Assembly: GCA_033442325.1 (NCBI GenBank)
Contig: JAWQFM010000001.1
Location: 3,011,968-3,075,967 of the forward strand
Origin: Salpingoeca rosetta
Lineage: Eukaryota > Protista > Choanoflagellata
Direction: 5' to 3'
Length of the DNA: 64,000 bases
This document shows, piece after piece, positions 54,881 to 64,000 of the stretch (positions are counted from its first letter, which is position 1; each line of letters begins with the position of its first letter). Made by a program: the position numbers and the translations under genes. Under the pieces are notes generated by a model. The model did not search any database. It was not told the origin of the DNA and saw nothing but the letters and a program-made list of their open reading frames with translations.

Positions 54881-57750
54881 GTGTGCGTGTGTGTGCGTGT
54901 GTGTGTGTACATGTGTGTGTGTGTGTACATGTGTGTATATATGTGTGTTTTTATTCATATATACATAATGTGTGTGTGTGTGTGTGTGCGCGTGCGTGGA
55001 GATCGATGCTGTGTGGCCTTGATTGGCCTGTTCGTGCAACCACTGTCTGTCTGTTTGTTTGTATCTAAAATTGATCATGCAGCCACCATGTTTGCACTCA
55101 CCCAAACGCAACAATTCCGTGTCTTGGCACACACACCCCCTCTCCACATACATACGTGCACCGCGGTATATAGGAGGCCAACGCTGGTGCCGATGTGGAG
55201 CAGCAGTATCGCGTGAACCACGACGCGTTTGACGCCGTCATGCACCACCTCCAGCGTCACATGAACCAGCAGCGCGTCCTGCGCGAGGAAGACACCGAGA
55301 TGCAGCAGCGCGTGCAGCGCGACCGAATGGAGCACGTGCTCAACTACGACCTCGTTCGCCGCGTGCACCAGCGCCAGGTCCTGCAGGCCATGGACGACGA
55401 GCAGCAGCAGCGTGTGGTTATCGACACCATCCAGACCACCGTGTGCCCGAGCGTGCGCCGTCACGTTGCCCAGCGCACGGCCCTGGGCGCCATGGACGCG
55501 GAGCAGCAGCGCAGGGTTGCCGAAGACGAGCACTATGCGCACATGGAGGACGTGCGACGCGACCTGCACCGCCTCTTTGCGGACCGCGCTGTGTCTGCCG
55601 ACGCAGCAGCAGCCGACGATGCCAATCGGGCTGGCGAGGACATGACGGAGGAGCAGGCGGAGGCGTGGCAGGCGATGCTGCGTGACCTGCAGCGGCGCGT
55701 GCTTGCTCGCCAGGTCGAGGAAGCAGCAGCTGAGGAGCAGCAGGAGCGCGTGAACCGCGAGCGCATGCACGATGTGATGGCTGAGCTGCGCCACCGCACG
55801 GGCTCGCGTGCAGCCGACCTGGGCGCAGACACGGAGCAGATGCAGCGTGTGCAGCGCGAGCGGATGGAGCGCGTGTGCGAGGAGATTGAGCGCGCACACG
55901 ACGCCGTTGCCGCCAAGCGCGCGGAGATGCAGGAGCAGCAGCGCCGCTCGTACGACGACCTGCACGCGGCCATGGTGGAGAACCTGTGCCGGGTTGTGGA
56001 CGATGCAGCCGCACACCGCCTGGAGCGCGTGGAGCAGGAGACGCGCGTCAACCAGGAGCACCTCTCGCACGTGCTGGAGCAGCTGCTGCGGGAGCGCAGT
56101 GCGGCCCGCGCCCACGTCCTCACGGGCATTGCGCGCATTGAGGCCGCAGAGACGCGCAAGCACATGCTCGACTTGGACGCACGCCTGGAACGGCAAGAGC
56201 TCATGCAGGAGCTGCACGATGGCCTGCGTGTGGCCGTCCCCGCCAGGGCCGAGGCGGGCATCGTTCCTGACGCGTTTGCGGGCCGCAAGACAGCCATGCA
56301 CGCGGAGCTGCTGGCGGTGTGCAGGCGCCGGTACATTCGCACCATGTCGCGTGCCCTCCTCGGGGAGATGCAGCAGCGCGAGCGCTTCAGGCAGCTCATG
56401 GAGGAGGTGGCCCGGTTTGGCGTGCAGGTGAAGGTGATTCGCGCCACAGAGCACGAGCGCGCCGCCAGGGTGCACGCCCACCTGCTGCACATGGTGTACG
56501 AGGACCTGCGTCGTGCCGTCAACGCGCGCGCATGCGACCTGCTCATGGACGAGGAGAAGCAGCGCCGCATCCACGAGTACCAGATGGGCTTTGTGCTGGA
56601 CGACGTTGTTCGCGCCGCACACGCGCGCCAGGCAGACCGCCTCATGGACGCAGAGCGGGAGCGGCGCGTGCTGCACGACCCGGTTCGCCGGTCCCTGCTC
56701 CCCGTCGTGCGCGCCGACATTGTGCGCACGGTGGCCGGCAAGCAGGCCAACGCGGCCATGGACGCAGAGCAGGTGCGGCGGGTTGCCGAGCACAGGATGC
56801 ACGGTGTGCTGCAGGACCTCGTGCGGCGGGTAAACCAGAAGCGCGCCCTGGCCGCCATGGAGCTGGAGCGGGCCCAGCGCGTGGCGCAGCACCACATGCG
56901 GTTTGAGGTGCTGCCGCAGCTGCTGTCCACCATCAACCGCCACCACTCGTGCGCGCAGGAGTTGGCTGAGCAGCAGCTGCGCGTGGCGGAGAACATGCAC
57001 CACGCGACGATGCTGGAGCTTGAGAGCTGGGCCGACCGCCGAGCCTGTGCGCTGCTGGCGGAGGAGGAGCGCCTGCGCCGCATTGCGGAGGACGTGCCCG
57101 CCCACCCGTACAGCGCGCTGGTGGACGTGCAGGGCGCCGCTGCAGCGGTTGGCCGCCGCAAGGAGACGCGAGAGGCCGCCACGCAGGAGCAGGCCGAGCA
57201 GGTGCACGCAGACAAGTGGCGCGATGTCATGCAGGCTGTTGCCGCCCGCGGGTCCCGTGTGCGCGTGCGTGAGGAAGAGGAGGATGAGCGCGCGCGCCGC
57301 GTGCACGCCGAGCGCATGCACGACGTGATGGAGAGCGTTGTTCGCCACCGTCACCAGCTGGAGGCCATTGCGGCCATGGACGCTGAGCGGCGGCGGCGGC
57401 TTGCAGAGCACGGCTACCGCCAGCGACACGGGTACCTCATGCCCGCGCACGTGCGCAGCGCCCTTGGTGACGTGCACCGCGAGCTGTGTGCGGTGGTGAG
57501 CCTGCGGCAGGCGGCACAGATGCAGGACGAGCGCGACTATGCCCGCCTGCAGGAACAGCAGCGCTCGGCCATGCTGCACGACCTGATGCGCCACGCCAAG
57601 CTGTGGCAGGTGCACCGGCAGGAGGAGGTTGCTCGCGCGGAGCTTGCAGATGCGCAGCGGCACCTCTCGCGCCGCCAGCAGTCGACCCACTCGGACCTGC
57701 TCACGGAGCTGCAGCTGCGCCACGCCTGCTCCCCGGTGCCCGTCATGTGA
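53286..57750 (+). CDS. Uncharacterised alpha-helical protein built from degenerate 33-aa repeats; exon 1 53286-54182, main exon 55174-57750 (~1157 aa), plus a duplicated partial exon at 54552-54812
   Basis: Strong coding-like codon usage and a phase-0 junction CAG|gt...ag|GAG. Recurrent motif AMDxEQxRRVxxERMHxVLxELxRR. Confidence 0.8.
54183..55433 (+). repeat. ~622 bp tandem duplication of intron plus the 5' part of the following exon
   Basis: ~54374-54811 is repeated almost exactly at ~54996-55433 (offset 622). The copies differ mainly in the microsatellite; a ~32 nt unique junction lies at 54813-54844. Confidence 0.95.
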
Positions 57751-58214
57751 ACCAGAGCAACTGTGTTTTGTGTCTGTGCTCATAATGATGCTTTGACGTG
57801 TGTGTGTGTGTGTGTGTGTTTGCGTGTGCGCATGTGTGTTTGTGTGTGCGCATGTGCATGTGTGTGTGTGTTTGTGTGTGCGCGCGCGCATGTGCATGTG
57901 TGTGTGTGGTTGCTGTTGCTTACTTGCCAATGGGCAATGTCGTCCATACTTGACGCCGCGTGTTGGCGCGAGGTCACATGTCATCATCAAACCTTAAACT
58001 GAGAGAACCACATTTGAATTTCCCGCCACAAAGCAGCAGAAGAAAAGGCGGAAGGAAGGAGCGGTGAGTGGTGTGGATGGGATAGTGATAGTGTGGATGT
58101 GATACGTGAGTGTGTGTGGGTGTGTGGGTGTGTGGGTGTGTGACCAACAGCTCACGTTTCGTGTACGTGCATGTGTATGCTCGGCATTGTTATTGTTGTC
58201 GCTGCTGTTGACAG

Positions 58215-58602
58215 ATGGAGGCAAGCAGTCCCGATTCGTGGGCTGCTCTTTGGCTCGACAGCATCATGCCTTGCCGGAGATCGGGTCAGTGTCTATGTGT
58301 GTGTGTGTGTGTGTCTATGTGTGTGTGTGTGCGTGCGTGTCGTGTGTTTCGTGACAATCTCTAGAGGGATACTGCGTTCTGCGCTCGACCGGGCTCGGGG
58401 ACAAGCATATCACATGAACGGAGATATTGACTGGTTAACTGACGTGACCATCCCCTGGCGCGTTGGCAGAGTAGCCCTGTTCACTGCTCGTCAACCAACG
58501 TTGGACTCAAGCCCATAGTTGGTGTCTCACTAGATGAGGGGAACACTCTATTGGGCACCTGGCTTATCTCCATGCTCGCTCACACATCGGCGGATCCCTG
58601 TG

Positions 58603-58671
<69 letters not shown>

Positions 58672-58957
58672 TTTGGCCGTCAGTGTGCGTTGCAAGCGTT
58701 CTCCCTCGCTCTGTTCTTCGCAGGCGCAGGCGTTCTCCCTCGCCCTTTACCCACCTCACCCACCCACAGTGACGATGCCGATTGATGTGGTGAAGGTACG
58801 GTTACAGATGCAAGGGGCTGATGGTACACGACAGTATCATGGCATGATTGATGCTGGGGTGAAAACAGCGCGCAGGGAGGGAATCACAGCACTATGGAAA
58901 GGTCTGCAACCGGCTCTTGTTCGACAGGTTGGTTGGTCAATGTGTGTCTGTGTCTGT

Positions 58958-59006
<49 letters not shown>

Positions 59007-60409
59007 TGTGTGTCTGTGTGTATTTGTGTGTGTGCATGTGTGTGTATTTGTCTGTGTATCTGTATCTGTGTACGCGGCTGTGCCTGTGTGCTCTGTGTCT
59101 GTGTGGGTTGCTGTGTGGCTGTGAGCGGGTGTTTGTGTTTGTTCGCATGTGCATGCAATTATGCCTGTGTGTCTGCTTCTGCCTGCGTCAGCTTGCATGT
59201 GCCGCCACGCCATTGTTTGTACTTGAGCTCACACTCTGCTGTGCTCGCTCCATTCAATTTGAACCATGTCTGCATCAGTTCTTCTATGGTGGGCTCCGGT
59301 ACGTGCACAGTTGCGTGGTTTGTTTTCACAGCCTGATCCATCTCTCCGCTCCGGCGCGTGGAACGCACGCAGTGCACACATCATCGTGTGACGCTCTTGA
59401 CACCTGGACTGATTATCCCCGTTCCTTTCCACCACCACGCCTTCAACCAGATACGGCATGTATGCGCCGATCCGCAACATGATTGGAGTCGATGCCAACA
59501 CACCGAAGCACTTGATCCCGTTCCACATGAAGTTCCTTGCGGGCGGCATATCCGGGGCGCTTGCCGCCTTTTTCGCCAACCCAACAGACCTCATGAAGGT
59601 GCGTGTGTGCGTGTGTGTGTGCGTGTGTGTGCATGTGTGTGTCTGTGTGTGCATGTGCGTGTGTCTGTGTGTGTGTGTGTCTGTGTGTGTCTGTGTCTGT
59701 GTGTGTCTGTGTGTCTGTGTGTGTCTGTGTCTGTGTGTGTGTCTGCGTGTGTCTGTGTGTGTGTGTGCCTGTCTGCCTCTCCGTCTGCCTGGCTGTCTGT
59801 CTCTTGCCAATCGACTGTCATCAAGCGTTGCACAAACACCTCCCCTTCACTCTCCACACAAACACACAAACACACACACACACGTGTGCGCATGCTTTCT
59901 CTCTGCTTGGGGTTGTTTGTGCAGGTCAGACTTCAAGTGGATGGGATGAAAGGATCGCCACCGCAATACCGCGGAATGTGGCACTGCTTCCGGTGAGGAG
60001 GGAATCGCCTGCTGCCACGTGTGTGCTTGATGTTCATTTGAGATGCAACACAACATGAAACGGGGACAAGCAGATGCCCGCATTCCCACAAGCTTGCAAA
60101 CAAAACGCATGGACCGTCAACAGCACCTCATCTGTACTCCCCTTTCTCCGTCTTTCTTCATCGTTCTCCATCTTTCTTCATTCTTCCCCATGTTTTCCCC
60201 TCAAACTCCGGCCGGTCCTCCTCTTCATTCTTCATTGGTGTTTTCGGCTGTGCAGCACGATTGTGAAGCAGGAGGGGGTGCTTGGGCTGTGGAAGGGTTC
60301 TGGCCCCACCATGGGCCGCGCCACCACCCTTGCCGCGGTCGAGCTGTCGTCCTACGACGAGGTACGCGTGCTGGACGTTGCATGTTTGTTCGTGCGTCGC
60401 TGTGCGTGC

Positions 60410-60472
<63 letters not shown>

Positions 60473-61266
60473 GCTGTGTGTGTCGCTGTATGTGTATGTG
60501 TGTGTTTATCTCTGTGTGTCTTTGTATCTTTGTGTGTGCATGTTTAACGCTGCATGTGTAAATATGTGTGTGTGCATGTCACCATCAATCTGCAGATCAA
60601 GAAACAGCTGACGGAGCGCGGGCTTGTGCAGCCGCGCACTGTATCGGGCGTGCTTGTCACGTCCATGACCACGGGCCTCATCTGCGCCCTCACCTCCAGC
60701 CCTTTCGATGGTGCGTGAGTGAGCATGGTATGGGGATGCTGGGTGTTGAACCTCTTGTCGTGGTGGCGGCGGCAGTGGTGGTGGTGGTGGTGATGATGGT
60801 GGTTGTGGTTGTTGTGGAGATGCCCATTCATGCCCATGTTGATGCTTTTATCGACAGTGGGAGGTTTTGCTGTCTTGATTTCTTCACCACACAGCGCACT
60901 CACGATCATATAACACACCACACACACACAAATACACACAAACACACACAAACACCACACACAAACACACAAACACACAAACACACATACACACATGCAT
61001 ACATACACTTTGTATTCTCGACCTCACTGACCTGCACTGGCCTGCAGTTGTGAAGAGCCGCGTGATGGGCCAGCCCGTTGGGCCAAATGGACGAGGCATC
61101 CTCTACTCCGGCATGATCCACTGCTTTGCCAAGGTTAGCGACGCCAGTTTGTGTGCATGTTTGAGTGTGTTTGAGGGTGTTTGTGTGTGTATCGGTGGAT
61201 GTGTGGGATGGTTTCTTTCGTGAATCCAGCCACTGATCACACGGTTGGTCCACATTGCACAATGCC

Positions 61267-61325
<59 letters not shown>

Positions 61326-61509
61326 TACACACACACACATACATACACACACACATACATACACATGCACACACACACAGACGGTGCGGACGGAAGGGGT
61401 GCTGGCATTGTACAAAGGCTTCTTTCCAAACTGGGGGCGGCTTGGTCCCAGAGCGGTCATGTGTTTTGTGGTCATGGAAACACTCAACGAATGGCTCAAG
61501 CACTACTGA
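58215..61509 (+). CDS. SLC25 mitochondrial carrier, UCP/KMCP1/dicarboxylate-like subgroup; exons 58215-58284, 58770-58927, 59279-59298, 59451-59598, 59925-59992, 60256-60361, 60596-60710, 61048-61133, 61381-61509
   Basis: Three PxDxxK signatures ([30 protein letters not shown]). [49 protein letters not shown]. The first coding exon appears to carry indels. Confidence 0.92.
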
Positions 61510-61574
61510 CACCATTTGTGCAAAACCGGCCTGCATGCCGTTGTTACAACTTGCCACACACACACACACTCTCA

Positions 61575-61616
<42 letters not shown>

Positions 61617-62135
61617 CTCCCTCTCCTCATTCAAAACTCCCCACTGGTGGACGGCGTTAAATCGTCAGCGCGGGCGTGCAATTTGCAACGCGAGCAACAA
61701 CTGTGAGTGCACGAAATTTTGTGGGCACGGTTGCAAAACGGCGGACGCAAGCCAGCAAGCAAGCAAGCCAGCCAGCCAAGCCAGCGATGTTGACATGACT
61801 CACCACAGAAGTTCCCAGCAGCGGTGCTTGCACTGTGTCACAAGTAGACAAGTACTCACACCGCCGGCCCACTTGTTCAGCACGCAGCCTTGGGCCGTCA
61901 AACCCTCGAAACGGAGGGGAAGGCCACAAATGCTTACGCGCGCTGCATGGATGTGCTGGACAAGCGGTGTCTGCAGCAACCCTGAGGCTACCACGTCGGG
62001 AACCCTGCTGACCACCGCCCAAAGAGATTGCTCTGCTTTGACGAGGGTCGGTGACACCAAAGCAAGACCGCCGACGAGGCAGATGCCCAGAGGGCTGACT
62101 GCCACGAGGCTGACTGCAAAGACTGCCACCAAAGG

Positions 62136-62235
62136 NNNNNNNNNNNNNNNNNNNNNNNNNNNNNNNNNNNNNNNNNNNNNNNNNNNNNNNNNNNNNNNNN
62201 NNNNNNNNNNNNNNNNNNNNNNNNNNNNNNNNNNN
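62136..62235. other. Assembly gap (100 N)
   Basis: N run. Confidence 1.
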
Positions 62236-62855
62236 CTAGAAACTCAGTAAACAAGAGCACTAGAGCACATGTAAGGAGGATTGATCGCTGGACCTGCAAG
62301 AGAAAAGAGAGACAGGGGCCAACACAAGGGGGGGGGACAGTTGATTGTGAGTTTGAGAAGGAGATATCCTGTGACATGACAACAAGCACACAAGCACCTC
62401 CTACTCCTCCCTCTTCTCCTTCTCCCTCTTCTCCTTCTCCTGAGCTCCTGTCGCGTCGATGGGAAAATGAACAAGTGAGAGAGAGTGTGTGTGTGTGTGT
62501 GTGGTGCTTTGCGTGTGTTGTTCTGTTGATGTGAGTGCTAAGTTACTGAGTGAGTTGCGGGGGCGTGGGTGTCAGTTGCCACAACTGGAAAGTCGCCCAC
62601 AAAGTGCCACACCCACACGTCCAAATAGGCATCTAACACAAAAAAAAACACACCCACAAACGGAAACACTTCTTTCGCCTCTAACTTTCGTCAACAATGA
62701 AATGGTTTTTGTGGACCAGTTGAAAAAGGTTCCCGCCCACCACCGTTTGACTAAACGCACTCACATTCGAGCTCATCCCCTTGACCCCCACACCCACTTT
62801 GAACATCATCAAACTGCACACTTTTGAGTTGAGCCAGCAGGTCAGTGCTGTTGGT

Positions 62856-62887
<32 letters not shown>

Positions 62888-63189
62888 CTGTGCGTGTGTG
62901 TGTGTGTCACTCACTCTCTCACTCTCCTCCGCTCTCTCACACTCACTCTCCTTCACTCCCACACACTCTCTCACACTCACTCTCACTCTCACTCGCTCTC
63001 TCACTCACTCTCTGTCTCTCACTCACTCACACACACTCACTCTCTGTCACACACACACACTCTCTCTCTCTGCCCCTGTGCACGCACACCTGTCTCTGCC
63101 ACTGTCCTCGTGCCTCACCTCCTCCGCACTGCCAACATTGGAATCTCTGCCCATACTAACTGCGTGCGTTTGCATGCTCTCTTCTGCAG

Positions 63190-63942
63190 GGCAGTGATCT
63201 TTGTTCTCATGACGATGCAGCGAACTGCAGAGGCGGCACACCAAGCAACCCAGCGGCGCATCTCGCAGATGCTCCAGCAGGCATATGCGGACTTGAAACC
63301 GGGAACCATGTTCAAGAGCAAGGATGGTGTGTTACGTGCTTTCACAGCCGTCGCTGTGTTCCATGAGATGAATGCAGCCACCGTGTGAGTGCCTTACCTT
63401 GGTGCATGCGCATGCGCCCACGTCCTGTGTTTGTACGTGCTTGCATGCAAGCAAGGAGAAGGAAGCACGCGCGTCCACTCACTCACAAACACATACTCTC
63501 TCGCTCTGTCTGCCTGTCTCACACACTCTCTATCACTCGCACTCACAAACACATACACTCATACACACACACTCCACACACTCTCGTACACACACACACC
63601 CCTGTCTCCCTGTCTATCACGCATTTTCGTGCACCCACATACATCCACATACACACTACATCCACACACGGATCAACACGGTTGGTTGCAAGGCAAGGGG
63701 GTTGAGGTGCCTACAGCAAGCACGGCAGCAGATGCCTCTCGGCGGTGTGAGCAGCAACAATCCCACGAGCAGACCCAAGGACAGCAGCGCTGACGTGGTG
63801 GGCACAACTCCGACAGCAGGGACTTGACGTGCGCATTGTCGCGTATCCCATGGGTCTGCACGAGCTGTGCACCATACTTGCGCATCACGATGGTGTGGTA
63901 GACATCAAGTGTCTCCCACAAGCAGACGTCGTCCTTGCTCGG
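63190..63942 (+). pseudogene. Possible exons of a degenerate MULE/MuDR transposase-like or hypothetical gene
   Basis: Exon-like 63190-~63383 (cag|...|gtgagt) encodes DLKPGTMFKSKDGVLRAFTAVAVFH, resembling the MuDR N-terminal LxxGxxFxSK motif. The next exon-like block (~63717-63941) has an in-frame TGA. Confidence 0.3.
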
Positions 63943-64000
63943 TGAGGCAATGTTTTTGTGTGCTTGCGAATGTGTGTGCGTGTGTGTGTGCGCGCGTGTG

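Noticed and set aside
55075-57990. 971 aa minus-strand ORF, and similar long antisense ORFs over MYCBP2 (43777-48441) and XPR1
   Set aside because: Antisense shadows of GC3-rich coding exons. The motifs and splice sites are on the opposite strand.
58355-58600. Atypical sequence between GT tracts with XbaI and BamHI sites
   Set aside because: Adjacent to an exon with apparent base-call errors. Likely poor-quality sequence; there is only a vague polylinker resemblance and no supportable feature.
61790-62135. Possible coding exon before the last gap
   Set aside because: No recognisable motif, inconsistent frames, and truncated by Ns.

Overview
This is eukaryotic genomic DNA: GC-rich exons, GT-AG introns packed with (GT)n/(CA)n/(GACA)n microsatellites, and four N gaps. 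Style and gene content suggest a choanoflagellate such as Salpingoeca rosetta, which is an inference. Most ORFs in the supplied track are microsatellite read-throughs or antisense shadows, so I built gene models by hand from splice sites and family motifs. In order the window holds: the 5' end of an FAD-linked oxidoreductase (-); two tandem SPX-EXS (XPR1-like) phosphate exporters with mosaic identity (-); a hypothetical protein (-); acid ceramidase ASAH1 (-) head-to-head with ADCK1 (+); a secreted protein with two somatomedin-B domains, Thr linkers and a bacterial-type beta-propeller glycosidase-like domain (-); a 26 kb MYCBP2/Highwire RING-Cys-relay E3 ligase with extra domains (+); an RNF25-like RWD-RING E3 (-); an ~1150 aa protein of 33-residue helical repeats with an internal 622 bp duplication (+); a UCP-type mitochondrial carrier (+); and a possible decayed MULE-like fragment. 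The best leads are the remodelled MYCBP2, the 33-aa repeat protein, the SMB-propeller fusion and (CA)n tracts replacing polypyrimidine tracts at splice acceptors.
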